DNA of 49,063 bases from Patescibacteria group bacterium (GTDB lineage: Bacteria; Patescibacteriota; Minisyncoccia; UBA6257; GWB1-50-10), in NCBI GenBank assembly GCA_024239035.1, contig JANBVK010000001.1, positions 572,202-621,264 of the forward strand, given 5' to 3'. A program made the translations under genes and the position numbers. Under the pieces are notes generated by a model. The model saw only the letters and a program-made list of their open reading frames with translations, was not told the origin of the DNA and searched no databases. Shown piece by piece: positions 9,283 to 20,107 of the stretch (position 1 is its first letter; each line of letters opens with the position of its first letter).

Positions 9283-9306
9283 TGGTTCGACTTTACTCAC
9301 CACAGG
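9283..9306. repeat. REP-like repeat family B
   Basis: TGGTTCGACTTTACTCACCACAGG, 20/24 identical to 30843-30866. Confidence 0.75.
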
Positions 9307-9322
9307 TTAGTATAATAAACAC

Positions 9323-9691
9323 ATGACTCAATTTTTGATTTTTATTCTCGGTTTGATTGTAGGAGGAGTAGCAGTGTGGCTTATAGTCCAGATGAGCGGG
9401 CCGCCGGTTCAAGCAGAAGAAAAGACAGAAGAAAAGAAAACTGAAAAAGAAAAGAAGGTTAAATTAATAGACAGGCAGAGAGAGGAGAAGCAGGAGAATA
9501 AAGAAAAGATTTTAAAATTTCTGCAGACGGAGGATAAGATTACGAACGACGACGTGGAGGATATGCTCGGCGTCTCTGACGCGACCGCCACCCGCTATCT
9601 GGACGAACTTGAGAAGGAGGGCGTTATTGAACAGGTGGGACGCTCCGGACAAAGCGTATATTATGAACGGCTCAACGACAATCCTCGTTGA
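9323..9691 (+). CDS. membrane-anchored DeoR-like winged-helix protein
   Basis: N-terminal TM; ITNDDVEDMLGVSDATATRYLDELEKEG HTH. Confidence 0.8.
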   Translation: MTQFLIFILGLIVGGVAVWLIVQMSGPPVQAEEKTEEKKTEKEKKVKLIDRQREEKQENKEKILKFLQTEDKITNDDVEDMLGVSDATATRYLDELEKEGVIEQVGRSGQSVYYERLNDNPR

Positions 9692-9697
9692 GCCGTT
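9666..9697. repeat. palindromic repeat family A, copy 2 (contains stop codon)
   Basis: AACGGCTCAACG-ACAATCCT-CGTTGAGCCGTT. Confidence 0.85.
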
Positions 9698-9758
9698 GGA
9701 GAATTGACCGGATCCGTGTGAAAATTCTCGTCGGCGTGCTAGACTAATCAGTACAATA

Positions 9759-10721
9759 ATGACTGACTCTAAAAAAACAGGGCCGAAAGAAGTTTTCGGC
9801 CATCTTTTGGCAATCATCGGGCTTTACGTTTCGGTGATCTCATTTGGTGCGCTTCTTTTCGGACTCGTTAATATTTATTTTCCCGATGTTTTGAATTTTA
9901 GGTATGGGCGGTTTGCGGAGCGGTCGCTCAAATGGCCCCTTGCCGTGCTTGTGGTGGTTTTCCCACTTTATCTTTGGCTTACCGCTTATCTCCAAAAGGA
10001 CCTTGAGAAAAATCCGGAGAAAAAAGAACTTAAGATAAGAAAGTGGCTTCTGTATCTTACACTATTTATAACCTCAATTGTCATTGTTGTAGATTTGATT
10101 ACGCTTGTTTTCCGTTTCTTGGGCGGTGACCTTACGATTCAATTCATACTCAAGGTCTTAGCGGTTTTTGCGATTGCGCTTGCCGTGTTCGTTTATTACC
10201 TTTGGAACATCCGGAAAGATATTCCCGCGTCAAAACATTCAAAGATGAAATGGTTCGTGCGGGGAGTTATTGTGCTCGGCGCCATATTTATTGTTTTCGG
10301 CTTTTTCAAAGCAGGATCTCCTTTTGCCGAACGGGTGAGACGGTTTGATGAAAGGCGTGTGCAGAATCTTCAATCTATCCAAAGGGAACTTATAAATTAT
10401 TGGCAGGCGAAAGAGTCACTGCCGCAGAACTTAAGCGGGCTTCGGGATGACATTCGCGGGTTTGTTCCGCCGAGGGACCCCGAAACGGGGGAGGCGTACA
10501 GTTATAGCGTGCTCGGTGACAAACAGTTTGAACTTTGCGCAACTTTTAAAACGTCAAACGAAGGCTTAGAGACGATAGAGGGAAAGCCCCTGCCAGCTCC
10601 GCGAGGCGTGAGATCCCCCGTACCCGTACTTATTAGCGAAAGCTGGCTGCATAGCGTGGGGGAGGAATGTTTTAGACGAACAATAGATCCGGATTTATAC
10701 CCTACTATTAAAGAAAGATAA
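9759..10721 (+). CDS. DUF5671-like membrane protein
   Basis: Multi-TM N-half, RKWLLYLTLF, GSP..R..RFDERRVQNL, P.DPETG..Y.Y..FELCATF. Confidence 0.75.
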   Translation: MTDSKKTGPKEVFGHLLAIIGLYVSVISFGALLFGLVNIYFPDVLNFRYGRFAERSLKWPLAVLVVVFPLYLWLTAYLQKDLEKNPEKKELKIRKWLLYLTLFITSIVIVVDLITLVFRFLGGDLTIQFILKVLAVFAIALAVFVYYLWNIRKDIPASKHSKMKWFVRGVIVLGAIFIVFGFFKAGSPFAERVRRFDERRVQNLQSIQRELINYWQAKESLPQNLSGLRDDIRGFVPPRDPETGEAYSYSVLGDKQFELCATFKTSNEGLETIEGKPLPAPRGVRSPVPVLISESWLHSVGEECFRRTIDPDLYPTIKER

Positions 10722-10798
10722 GCGGTTGTTGCGCCCATTTCTTGTTCAGCGTTCGGAGCTAGATCGTAAGTTTTGTTATAGGTGATAAATTAAACACC

Positions 10799-11332
10799 AT
10801 GAAAGAATTTATAATTAACATTATTAAACAAAACGCGATAGATATTATATGGATCGCTATTTTGTTCTTTTTTGGCAGATTGATTTTAAAGTTAATCGTA
10901 AAACGGCTGACGCGGATAGTTGATGACGGGGATGACGTGCATACTTCTCAAAAAGAAAAGCGGGCAGAAACTTTGGGTAATATCATTGTATCAATCGGAA
11001 ATATCGTTATTTACGCCATAATTTTGTTTATGATTTTAAATGTATTCGGTGTGGATATACGGCCGATTTTAGCGGGCGCGGGAATTATTGGATTGGCAAT
11101 CGGTTTTGGTGCCCAATCACTTGTCAAGGATTTTGTTTCCGGACTGTTTATTTTAATTGAAAATCAATACGGCATAGGCGATAAAGTAAAAATAGGCAGT
11201 TCTGAAGGGAATGTTATCAGAATCACAATGCGCTCCACTGTATTAAAAGATGAAGAAAGAAAAATATATTATATATCTAATGGGTCAATTAAAGATGTAA
11301 TTAATATGTCCCAGCAAAAAAAATCCTCGTAA
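10799..11332 (+). CDS. MscS-family mechanosensitive channel (short)
   Basis: AGAGIIGLAIGFGAQSLVKDFVSG..IGDKV signature. Confidence 0.9.
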   Translation: MKEFIINIIKQNAIDIIWIAILFFFGRLILKLIVKRLTRIVDDGDDVHTSQKEKRAETLGNIIVSIGNIVIYAIILFMILNVFGVDIRPILAGAGIIGLAIGFGAQSLVKDFVSGLFILIENQYGIGDKVKIGSSEGNVIRITMRSTVLKDEERKIYYISNGSIKDVINMSQQKKSS

Positions 11333-11421
11333 GATATTTACATCATTTTGACGAGGGGTGAAGTCTCTTACAAGTAAGTGTTTACAAACACGACAACGTC
11401 GCGTACGGTAATACTATTATT

Positions 11422-14178
11422 ATGATACAGAAACGTCTTGCTTTATATATTATCTACGGCCTGATAGCGCTCGTTGTTTTTGTCGTACTACCCCTCTTTT
11501 TTCGACTGTTAACTGACTGGTACTGGTTTGGAGAAATCGGCTTTAGTAATATTTTTACCACCATACTTTTCTCCAAGATTCTTTTGGGGTTAGCGGTGGG
11601 CGTTCTGACCTTTCTCGTTATCTACGGCAATCTAAGGCTCGCCGGGCGACTTGTTGTCTCAAGGCCGCTGGTTGTTCGTCTGCGTGAAGGTGCGCAAGGG
11701 GGAGCCATTCAGGTCAAAGAACTTGATGCAGCGAGACACGTTGATAGATTCATCTTGCCGGTCTCGTTGATACTCGGATTTTTTACGGGTCTCATCGGAG
11801 CAAGCAGTTGGGAGACGGTGCTGAGATATTTTAACGCAGTGCCTTTTAACACCTTTGATCCGATTTTTGGCCGTGATATTGGCTTTTACTTTTTTGATTT
11901 GCCGTTTATTCAGCTTTTGGTCGGGCTTGGGTTTTGGCTTATTACTATTTCTCTCATAGGAGTCGCTGCAAGCTACGCCTTGCGGGGCGCTATTACTTTA
12001 AGACAGCCGGTACCGGGCATGAGAGCACTGAAGTCTTTGTTTATGGAAAAGCCGGCCAAAGCCCATCTGTCAATCCTCATCGCTCTTTTGTTTGTTTTAA
12101 CTAGTTTCAAGATTTATGCCATAAGAATTCCCTCTCTGCTCTACAGTTCTACGGGGTCGTTTATCGGCGCCAACTTTACTGACATTAATGCTGTTCTGCC
12201 GTTCCTCAAACTATTTATTTTTGTTGCTATTGTCGCAGCCGTGCTGATAGTGATAAATATTTTCAAAACAAGTAACCGCTTAATTGTTTTAGCCGTCGGC
12301 ATCTATGTCGCAACTTCTATTTTGGGCGGCGGGGTATACCCTTTCTTCCTGCAAAAACTCGTGGTTTCGCCAAATGAGCTGGTTAAAGAAACTCCTTACA
12401 TAGAGCATAATATTGCAGCTACGCAAAAAGCATATGCCTTAGACATGGTGATGGAGCGTGATTTAACGGGTGAGGCCGCGCTAACTATGTCTGATATTAA
12501 CAGCAACCGCTCCACCATTAAAAATGTACGGCTCTGGGACCGTAAACCCCTGCTTGACACATTTGGCCAGCTTCAGGAAATCCGCACTTATTATGATTTT
12601 GTTTCCATTGACAACGACCGTTATAACTTAAACGGCGATTACCGCCAGGTTCTGCTTTCTCCAAGAGAGCTTAACTCCACGAGTCTTCCTCAGCGCACCT
12701 TTATTAACGAGAGGCTAACCTTTACTCACGGCTTCGGGCTTACTCTTAGTCCTGTTAATGAAGTAACGCCGGAGGGCCTGCCGGTACTGTTTTTAAAAGA
12801 TCTGCCGCCATCGTCTAGTATAGAATCGCTTGCGGTTAGTAGGCCCGAAATATACTACGGAGAGTTGGCCAGCGACTGGGTTGTGGTTAACACCAAAGCC
12901 AAAGAGTTCAATTACCCATCCGGCGAAGAAAATGTCTTTGCAAATTATGAAGGACAGGGGGGCGTGAAAATTAAATCAATTTTCCGCAAAGCGCTGTTTT
13001 CTTTGAAATTTGGGTCACTAAAAATTCTTTTGTCCGACGACATAACGAAAGAGTCAAGAATAATGTATCACCGCAATATTGAGGAGAGAGTCGGGCGGGT
13101 ACTGCCTTTTTTGAGTCTGGATGATGACCCTTACATGGTTGTCACGAAAGATGGCGAGCTGAAATGGATTTATGATGCTTACACGACCTCAGACCGATAT
13201 CCATACGCTGAGCGGATGAGAGACGTGTTTAGTTCTCTGCCGGGGAAGGAACTAAATTATATAAGAAATTCGGTTAAAGTGGTGATTGACGCCTACGACG
13301 GCAGGATGACATTTTATATTGCAGATGAAGACGACCCAATCATTAAAACCTACGCCAAGATTTTCGAAGGTTCGTTCCTGCCGCTTGAACAAATGGATGA
13401 AGATTTAAAGGCTCATATTAGATACCCGGAAAATTTATTTATTTACCAGACAGCGCTTTACACGGTCTACCACATGGACGAGGCGCAGATTTTCTATAAC
13501 AGGGAGGACGAGTGGCAGATACCATTCATTGCCAGCGGTGCGCAGGCCGATCCAATGATACGGCATATGATTATGAAGCTGCCGGGCGAAACCCAGGAAG
13601 AGTTTATTCTGATGGTTCCGTTTACACCTCGCGGCAAAGACAACCTCTCGGCCTGGATGGTGGCGCGCAATGACGGAGAATTTTATGGCCAGCTGGTGGT
13701 TTACCGTTTCCCCAAACAAAAACTGGTCTTCGGGCCCAAGCAGATTACCAACCGCATCAACCAGGACACGGATATTTCTCGACAGATCTCTCTCTGGGAT
13801 CAAAGAGGTTCTGAGGTAATCAGAGGAAATCTTTTGGTAATTCCGATTGAAGAGTCTCTCATTTATGTTCAGCCTATTTACCTGCGGGCTGAAGGCGGCA
13901 GGATTCCGGAACTTAAAAGAGTGATTGTAGCTCATGAAAACCGCATTGCCATGGAAGAAACCTTGGACTTGGCTTTAGGGAGAGTATTTGGCGGACAAGT
14001 TGCAGCGGGGAGAGAGGCGACTGCGGTAACTCCGGACAAACCGGCGATCAGTCAAGATTTAATCCAACAAGCCAAGGATCATTTTGACCGGGCTATGTCT
14101 GCTCAGCGCCGCGGCGACTGGGCTTTATATGGTGAGGAAATTAGAAAACTGGGCGAGGTATTTAATAGTGCGAGGTAG
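11422..14178 (+). CDS. UPF0182 family membrane protein
   Basis: TDWYWF, DPIFGRDIGFYFF, NVRLWD, FTHGFG, NYIRNSVK, YVQPIYL. Confidence 0.93.
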   Translation: MIQKRLALYIIYGLIALVVFVVLPLFFRLLTDWYWFGEIGFSNIFTTILFSKILLGLAVGVLTFLVIYGNLRLAGRLVVSRPLVVRLREGAQGGAIQVKELDAARHVDRFILPVSLILGFFTGLIGASSWETVLRYFNAVPFNTFDPIFGRDIGFYFFDLPFIQLLVGLGFWLITISLIGVAASYALRGAITLRQPVPGMRALKSLFMEKPAKAHLSILIALLFVLTSFKIYAIRIPSLLYSSTGSFIGANFTDINAVLPFLKLFIFVAIVAAVLIVINIFKTSNRLIVLAVGIYVATSILGGGVYPFFLQKLVVSPNELVKETPYIEHNIAATQKAYALDMVMERDLTGEAALTMSDINSNRSTIKNVRLWDRKPLLDTFGQLQEIRTYYDFVSIDNDRYNLNGDYRQVLLSPRELNSTSLPQRTFINERLTFTHGFGLTLSPVNEVTPEGLPVLFLKDLPPSSSIESLAVSRPEIYYGELASDWVVVNTKAKEFNYPSGEENVFANYEGQGGVKIKSIFRKALFSLKFGSLKILLSDDITKESRIMYHRNIEERVGRVLPFLSLDDDPYMVVTKDGELKWIYDAYTTSDRYPYAERMRDVFSSLPGKELNYIRNSVKVVIDAYDGRMTFYIADEDDPIIKTYAKIFEGSFLPLEQMDEDLKAHIRYPENLFIYQTALYTVYHMDEAQIFYNREDEWQIPFIASGAQADPMIRHMIMKLPGETQEEFILMVPFTPRGKDNLSAWMVARNDGEFYGQLVVYRFPKQKLVFGPKQITNRINQDTDISRQISLWDQRGSEVIRGNLLVIPIEESLIYVQPIYLRAEGGRIPELKRVIVAHENRIAMEETLDLALGRVFGGQVAAGREATAVTPDKPAISQDLIQQAKDHFDRAMSAQRRGDWALYGEEIRKLGEVFNSAR

Positions 14179-14185
14179 TAGCACA

Positions 14186-14217
14186 AACGGCTCAACGACA
14201 TTCCTCGTTGAGCCGTT
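14186..14217. repeat. palindromic repeat family A, copy 3
   Basis: AACGGCTCAACG-ACATTCCT-CGTTGAGCCGTT, intergenic. Confidence 0.85.
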
Positions 14218-14228
14218 AGAGAAAATTC

Positions 14229-15545
14229 ATGACCCAACAGGAAGCGTTCGATATTTTAAAGCTTGGATACAACGTGTATCTTACGGGCCCCGCCGGAAGC
14301 GGAAAAACTTTTTTATTGAACAAGTACATTGAGTATCTGAAAAAGAAAGGGGTTAAGGTTGGCATTACGGCCTCAACGGGCATTGCGGCAACGCACTTAG
14401 ACGGAAGAACCATACATTCCTGGTCAGGTATAGGTATTAAAGACGAACTTACGGATAAAGATTTGCGCAGTATCTCAAACCGAAGATATTTGCGGGCAAA
14501 ACTCAGATTGGTAAACGTGCTCATTATAGATGAGATTTCAATGCTTCATTCATTTCGTTTGGATATGGTTGATAAGGTATGTAAAGCAGTGAAGCAGAGT
14601 AATGAGCCATTTGGGGGGATGCAGGTGGTATTGTGCGGCGACTTTTTTCAATTACCCCCCGTATGCAGGAACGGCGAGGACCCGAGCTTTGTAAATACAT
14701 CAGAGGCGTGGAGGGATATGAATATACAAGTTTGTTATTTAGACGAACAGCATAGGCATAAAGACGGGGATTATATGCAGGTTTTAAATGAGATAAGAGA
14801 CAACAACATTAGTGAGACGGGGCTGCGGTTGTTAATAAACTGCCAGAACAGAGAAATTGAATATGACATTACTGCCACAAAACTTTATACGCACAATGCA
14901 GACGTTGATGCGATTAATGATTCCAAACTTGAAGAAATAGATGAAAAAGAGATGGTTTATCAAATGACATCCACCGGTAGTAAGAAATTGGTTGAAAAAT
15001 TAAAAGACGGTTGTCTTGCGCCGGAGGAATTATTCTTAAAGAAAGGAGCGGTAGTGATGTTTGTAAAGAATAAATTTAGCAGAGGGTTTGTAAATGGAAC
15101 GCTCGGGGAAGTGGTTAGTTTTGACAGTGAGGATAATCCGATTGTCCAAACCGTCAAGGGCCAGCAGATTACCGCAAATCCTGAAAGCTGGGAAATAGAA
15201 GAAAATGGAACCGTAAAAGCAAAGATTGACCAGATACCCCTTCGCCTTGCCTGGGCAATCACGGTTCATAAGAGCCAGGGGATGAGTTTGGACGCGGCAG
15301 AAATAGATTTAAGCAGGGCGTTTGAATATGGAATGGGATATGTGGCGTTATCACGCGTGAGATCCCTTAAAGGTTTGAAGCTTGTAGGGATTAATGCATT
15401 GGCGCTTCGGGTGAGCGACGGGGCAGTAGCCCTGGATAGCGAGCTTAAACAGACGTCCCAAAGGGTCCTGCAAAACCTCCAAAAACTTGATTGTTTGGAA
15501 AAAGAGGAGAAACAAAGGGACTTTTTGGAGGCAATTGCTCTATAG
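14229..15545 (+). CDS. PIF1-like SF1B DNA helicase
   Basis: GPAGSGKT, TASTGIAA, IIDEISML, GDFFQLPPV, PLRLAWAITVHKSQG, YVALSR. Confidence 0.92.
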   Translation: MTQQEAFDILKLGYNVYLTGPAGSGKTFLLNKYIEYLKKKGVKVGITASTGIAATHLDGRTIHSWSGIGIKDELTDKDLRSISNRRYLRAKLRLVNVLIIDEISMLHSFRLDMVDKVCKAVKQSNEPFGGMQVVLCGDFFQLPPVCRNGEDPSFVNTSEAWRDMNIQVCYLDEQHRHKDGDYMQVLNEIRDNNISETGLRLLINCQNREIEYDITATKLYTHNADVDAINDSKLEEIDEKEMVYQMTSTGSKKLVEKLKDGCLAPEELFLKKGAVVMFVKNKFSRGFVNGTLGEVVSFDSEDNPIVQTVKGQQITANPESWEIEENGTVKAKIDQIPLRLAWAITVHKSQGMSLDAAEIDLSRAFEYGMGYVALSRVRSLKGLKLVGINALALRVSDGAVALDSELKQTSQRVLQNLQKLDCLEKEEKQRDFLEAIAL

Positions 15546-15555
15546 TCCAGAAGGG

Positions 15556-15584
15556 TTGACATTTATAATATGAATCCCTACTCT
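15556..15584 (+). promoter_or_regulatory. sigma70-type promoter of csp
   Basis: GGG-TTGACA-17nt-TACTCT. Confidence 0.55.
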
Positions 15585-15657
15585 TAGGGGGTATTTCAAG
15601 AAGTAGAGAGGTGGTCGAGTTCTACAATACAATTAAAACAAAACATTCAAAGACAAA

Positions 15658-15855
15658 ATGGAAGGTGTTATAAAGAGACTTACTGACAGAGGCTTTGGTT
15701 TTATCGGAAGAGAAGGAGAAGAGAAAGATTTGTTTTTCCACTCTAACAGCTTGGTTGGAACTGATTTCAACAGCTTAAGGGAGGGAGACAAAGTGAAGTT
15801 TGAGGTTGAGCAGTCTGATAAAGGCCCGAATGCTGTTAAAGTAGAAAAGATATAG
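15658..15855 (+). CDS. cold-shock protein
   Basis: RGFGFI (RNP1), DLFFH (RNP2), KGPNA. Confidence 0.95.
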   Translation: MEGVIKRLTDRGFGFIGREGEEKDLFFHSNSLVGTDFNSLREGDKVKFEVEQSDKGPNAVKVEKI

Positions 15856-15877
15856 GTTTTTTCTAAAGTCAGAAACT

Positions 15878-15912
15878 AAAACAGTCCCGATCGCGCAGAT
15901 CGGGGCTGTTTT
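15878..15912 (+). terminator. intrinsic terminator
   Basis: AAAACAGTCCCGATC/GATCGGGGCTGTTTT. Confidence 0.75.
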
Positions 15913-15995
15913 ATTTTAGACTTGACATAGTTGTGAAATAATGGTTGACTTATAACAGTATTTTGCTTTTTTTCGCCCTAGCAGTGGAGGCACGA

Positions 15996-16442
15996 ATGGG
16001 TTCTCAACACGCCTTTCATGAATCTCACGTAGCAGAGCCCAAGGTCTTTGTCGCGGGCAGGGAGATAATGGTTCGGTGGTTCGGAGTGCCAGAAGAGGAT
16101 GAGTCGTTGGCGCCGAGGGGCCAGTTCTTTTTTCCTCTTACAAGAAGGTTAGAAGATATTCCTTGGATAGGTGATCCGAGAGAACTTCAAGTTGTTTTTC
16201 TGGACCAGGCCAAGAACTTTCCGGACCGGGGAGTTGTGGCCCAGATCGCCGAAGACCAAGCTGATGGAGCAGAAGCTTTGGTAGTAATACTCTGCAGCGA
16301 TCGTTCCAGAGGGCAGTATCCCAGAGGAGAAGATTTGGGGACGTTTACGTTCGTGAGCGGTATCATGCTGCTCGGCGATTCGAACATCGGATACACCATG
16401 CCGCAGCGTTACCAGAACCTTGGCGCTCTCAGCATGGAGTGA
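15996..16442 (+). CDS. hypothetical protein (148 aa)
   Basis: GGAGG SD before ATG 15996; GC-richer than flanks; followed by terminator. Confidence 0.6.
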   Translation: MGSQHAFHESHVAEPKVFVAGREIMVRWFGVPEEDESLAPRGQFFFPLTRRLEDIPWIGDPRELQVVFLDQAKNFPDRGVVAQIAEDQADGAEALVVILCSDRSRGQYPRGEDLGTFTFVSGIMLLGDSNIGYTMPQRYQNLGALSME

Positions 16443-16475
16443 GTAGCGCGAGTAGTCCTCAAGCCGCAGAACAGC

Positions 16476-16510
16476 AGCCGGTTCACGTCATGTGCGTGGA
16501 CCGGCTTTTA
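16476..16510 (+). terminator. intrinsic terminator
   Basis: AGCCGGTTCACG/CGTGGACCGGCT + TTTT. Confidence 0.75.
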
Positions 16511-16571
16511 TTTTAATTTTTTAAATTGTTAAGGGAATTACTTTTTGATACGATAAGACTAACTCCGCAAC

Positions 16572-16973
16572 ATGAATGATAAAGAGAAAAGTATAAAAAC
16601 CGAAGAAGAGTGGAAAAAAGAACTCACGCCGGAGGGGTATCACGTGATGAGGGAAGCAGGAACCGAGCCGGCTTTTACGGGTGAGTACCATAATACAAAA
16701 GAAAAGGGGACATATCGTTGTAGGGCATGCGGGAATGAGCTTTTCTCATCAGAGACGAAGTTCGATTCAGGAACAGGGTGGCCGAGTTTTACCGAACCTG
16801 TGAATCGGGAGCAGATTGAGCTCAAGGAAGATAAGAGTCAAGGCAAGACCCGGGTGGAGGTACTCTGCAGACGGTGCGGGGCGCACTTGGGGCATGTGTT
16901 TGATGACGGCCCTAAACCCACCGGTAAGCGATTTTGCATTAACTCGGTATCATTAAAACTTGATAAAGAATAA
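16572..16973 (+). CDS. msrB: peptide-methionine (R)-S-oxide reductase
   Basis: [33 protein letters not shown], two CxxC. Confidence 0.96.
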   Translation: MNDKEKSIKTEEEWKKELTPEGYHVMREAGTEPAFTGEYHNTKEKGTYRCRACGNELFSSETKFDSGTGWPSFTEPVNREQIELKEDKSQGKTRVEVLCRRCGAHLGHVFDDGPKPTGKRFCINSVSLKLDKE

Positions 16974-16979
16974 TCCTAA

Positions 16980-18518
16980 ATGGAACAGTGCACGGTAGAT
17001 TCAAAGAGAGGCAGGTGGATTTTGGCGGCGACGATATTGGCAAGCGGGATGGCTTTTTTAATTGGCACAGCTTTGAGTATCGCTTTGCCGACGATCCAAG
17101 ACGATTTGGGTGCGGGCATTTCCGGAATGCAATGGGTAGTAAGTGCCCATGTTATCGTTCTCGCCTCATTTCTTCTACTTAGCGGTTCATTAGCGGATCA
17201 TTTTGGCAGGAAGCGCATTTTCAGTTACGGAATTATCGTATTCGTTTTAGGTGCTCTTCTTTCCGCGCTCTCAAAGACAATCGGCGCACTTATTGCTTTT
17301 CAGGCACTTGAGGGTTTGGGGGCGGCAATGATGATCCCGGGGAGTTTAGCGATTATAAACGTTTGTTTTGCCGAGTCCCACCGTGGCCGGGCGATAGGGC
17401 TCTGGGCAGGGTTGGCCGGCGGGATCGCCGCCTTGGGTCCGCTTTTGGGCGGCTGGCTTGTTGAGACGTTTGGCTGGCAGGCGGTTTTTTACATCAACTT
17501 GCCGATTGGTCTTTTAGCGTTTCTTATTACGTTGCGATTTGTGCCGGAGAGCCGAAATCCCGATGCCCGGAAATTAGATTTATTGGGGACACTCTGCATA
17601 ACCCTGGGTCTTTTTGGCATTGCCTACGGCCTTATTCGGGGGCCGATTGCCGGTTGGAATAATCCATTGGTACTCCTTGGTCTTATTGGTGGGGCGCTCG
17701 CGCTTATCCTCTTCGTTATAGTTGAGATGCGCGTGCGCGAGCCGATGGTGCCGCTTAAAATTTTTAAAAACCCCCTTGTTGCCGGCGCCAATCTTGTTAC
17801 GCTTCTTTTATACTTCGCTCTTAACGGATTAATCTTTTTTCTCGTCTTTAACCTGCAGCAGGTTCAGGGTTATACGCCGATATTTGCGGGCTTGAGTCTT
17901 CTGCCGCCCATTATCCTTATAACTTTTCTCTCCGGTCCGGCAGGTTCTCTTGCCGATAAAATTGGTCCGAGATTCCAGATGATTTTGGGCCCGTTCATTG
18001 TTGCCTTCGGAATGGCGCTTTTGATTATCCCCGGGGTCAGTGCTAACTATTTCATTCATTTTTTCCCCGGACTCGTACTCTTCGGCGGCGGTATGGCTCT
18101 TGTTATTGCGCCGCTTACCAAATCAGCGCTCACCGTAGAGCCGAAGTTTTCCGGGTCGGCATCCGGCGTGAATAATACTGCCTCCCGAATTGCCGCTCTC
18201 TTGGCGATTGCAGTTCTGGGCGCCGCTATGGTTTCTGTTTTTACCAGCCGTCTTAACACATCGGTACAAAATTCTTTACTGAGCGGTGAAGAAAAGGTGC
18301 AAATTTTAAGCCAGTCGGATAAGCTTGGAGGAATTGAAATTCCTGACACATTCAGCGAGGAGACTCGCGCCGCCGCAGAGGGCATAATTAAAGAATCGTT
18401 TGTCTATGGATTCCGCCTAATAATGGGGGTAAGTGCGTTACTGGCACTTCTTGGTTCTGGGATAGCTGCGGTTATGATTCATAATCCAGCTTCCCTAAAG
18501 AGACGGGAGTTGACTTGA
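16980..18518 (+). CDS. MFS transporter, DHA2 (14-TM) family
   Basis: GSLADHFGRKR, GPLLGG, WQAVFYINLPIG. Confidence 0.9.
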   Translation: MEQCTVDSKRGRWILAATILASGMAFLIGTALSIALPTIQDDLGAGISGMQWVVSAHVIVLASFLLLSGSLADHFGRKRIFSYGIIVFVLGALLSALSKTIGALIAFQALEGLGAAMMIPGSLAIINVCFAESHRGRAIGLWAGLAGGIAALGPLLGGWLVETFGWQAVFYINLPIGLLAFLITLRFVPESRNPDARKLDLLGTLCITLGLFGIAYGLIRGPIAGWNNPLVLLGLIGGALALILFVIVEMRVREPMVPLKIFKNPLVAGANLVTLLLYFALNGLIFFLVFNLQQVQGYTPIFAGLSLLPPIILITFLSGPAGSLADKIGPRFQMILGPFIVAFGMALLIIPGVSANYFIHFFPGLVLFGGGMALVIAPLTKSALTVEPKFSGSASGVNNTASRIAALLAIAVLGAAMVSVFTSRLNTSVQNSLLSGEEKVQILSQSDKLGGIEIPDTFSEETRAAAEGIIKESFVYGFRLIMGVSALLALLGSGIAAVMIHNPASLKRRELT

Positions 18519-18549
18519 AAACAGATAACTTTGAGTTATTATTGAAGTA

Positions 18550-18771
18550 ATGGAGATCACCAATGGCGAAGTAAAACAAGGTGATACTTTTGACGTTGGA
18601 AGTAAGGTATTAAGAAACGGAATGTATGTTTGCGTTCCCTGCGGTTACAGGTCGGAGTTTAGTAGAGGCGATACATTCCCTAGATGTTTCGATTGTCTTA
18701 AAGGAAAGAAATATGAGGGCGATGACTATATAAAAGATCTCGGGTTGTGGGAATTAATAAAAGAAGCTTGA
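18550..18771 (+). CDS. small zinc-ribbon protein
   Basis: GMYVCVPCG...FPRCFDC. Confidence 0.7.
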   Translation: MEITNGEVKQGDTFDVGSKVLRNGMYVCVPCGYRSEFSRGDTFPRCFDCLKGKKYEGDDYIKDLGLWELIKEA

Positions 18772-19148
18772 GAAATGCGAAAGCTGCAAGTTGGGTACTG
18801 CGCATCGTAGTTGCCGGCGAGTTCATCGGGCACGGCGTTTTTGCCCTGCAAGTAAAACAAGGGTGGATTCCTTACTTCACTTCGGTTGGTATTTCCGCCG
18901 GTACCGCTGCAACCCTTATGCCTTTGATCGGTATTATGGACATTGCTCTTGCAGTTCTTATACTTGTTAAGCCAATTCGTCTCATTGTTCTCTGGATGGC
19001 TTTATGGGCGTTTTTGACGGCGCTTATCAGACCGATTGCCGGCGAGCCAATTTGGGATTTCGTTGAGCGCTTTGCAAATTGGGGTGCGCCTCTCGCGCTC
19101 TTTCTCTTGCTTGATTCACCGAGACGTCTAAAGAGAGGAGAAAATTAG
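18768..19148 (+). CDS. DoxX-like membrane protein
   Basis: LRIVVAGEFIGHG, ERFANWGAPLAL; probable TTG start overlapping upstream TGA. Confidence 0.7.
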   Translation: MRNAKAASWVLRIVVAGEFIGHGVFALQVKQGWIPYFTSVGISAGTAATLMPLIGIMDIALAVLILVKPIRLIVLWMALWAFLTALIRPIAGEPIWDFVERFANWGAPLALFLLLDSPRRLKRGEN

Positions 19149-19149
19149 A

Positions 19150-20046
19150 ATGAAGACAAGAGACTTTGTAGGTATTATTGGCATAGTTGCTGTGATTGTC
19201 GTTATTGTAGGTCTCTTACAGAAAGTTCAGCTGCTGAATCAGACCGTTCAGTCGTCACAACAGCGAATCGAAAATCTTGAGGAGCAGATTACTGGTTTAC
19301 AATCTCAGTTGGGAAACCTGAAAAACGGAGAAACCCTTTTTAGTAAAAAGTTTAATAAGACAGTTTCCAATGAACCGTTAAAATTACCACCGTATAGTAT
19401 TTTACCGAAGCCTAACTACGACTTGCAGGATTTGGCTCTCGGAATTCACAAACTCATCAACCTTAAGAGAAATGAGGCCGGGCTTGCGCCTATTGTGTGG
19501 GATGACAAGTTAGCAGAGTTAGCTAGTGATCACAGCCGAGATCAAACCAAAGATAACATTGAACTCACCAATCCTGATTTACTGTGTCACTACCCCCTAA
19601 TTCGGCACGAAAGTTTTAGCCTCGGCTTTTATCCTAAAGACAGACTGGAGAATCGCGGTATTACTTATCGGGCAAGCGGGGAGAACCTTGCCGTAGTCTC
19701 CTTTGTTAAAAATGCGATTTATCGATATCCTGACGACACGCCACCCCTTATCTGCCCTGTAATTGAAAAATTTGAATTCAGTGAAGGTAGTCAAGAAGAG
19801 AGGGTTCAACTGTATCAAGAAATTTTAAATGAATCATTGGAAACAGTGAGAACTCTTAGTGCGGTGGAGTGGGTAAACAAGGAATGGTTTTCTAGTGATG
19901 AGATAGAAGAAAGGATAGTTGAGGGTTGGATGGAATCCTCCGGACATCGGCAGAATATTTTAAATCCAGAATTCAATTTTGGAGGGGTTGGTGTTATGGA
20001 GATAAATGAATTTATGATTATAACCCATGATTTCGTTGGTAAATAG
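19150..20046 (+). CDS. CAP/SCP-domain secreted protein
   Basis: N-terminal TM + coiled coil; INLKR, HS, GENLA, WMESSGHRQNIL. Confidence 0.88.
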   Translation: MKTRDFVGIIGIVAVIVVIVGLLQKVQLLNQTVQSSQQRIENLEEQITGLQSQLGNLKNGETLFSKKFNKTVSNEPLKLPPYSILPKPNYDLQDLALGIHKLINLKRNEAGLAPIVWDDKLAELASDHSRDQTKDNIELTNPDLLCHYPLIRHESFSLGFYPKDRLENRGITYRASGENLAVVSFVKNAIYRYPDDTPPLICPVIEKFEFSEGSQEERVQLYQEILNESLETVRTLSAVEWVNKEWFSSDEIEERIVEGWMESSGHRQNILNPEFNFGGVGVMEINEFMIITHDFVGK

Positions 20047-20107
20047 CTTATTACGTCCTTGTGGATTATTTTTTGGCGGCTGATCAGAATATGCTATAAT
20101 ACACGTT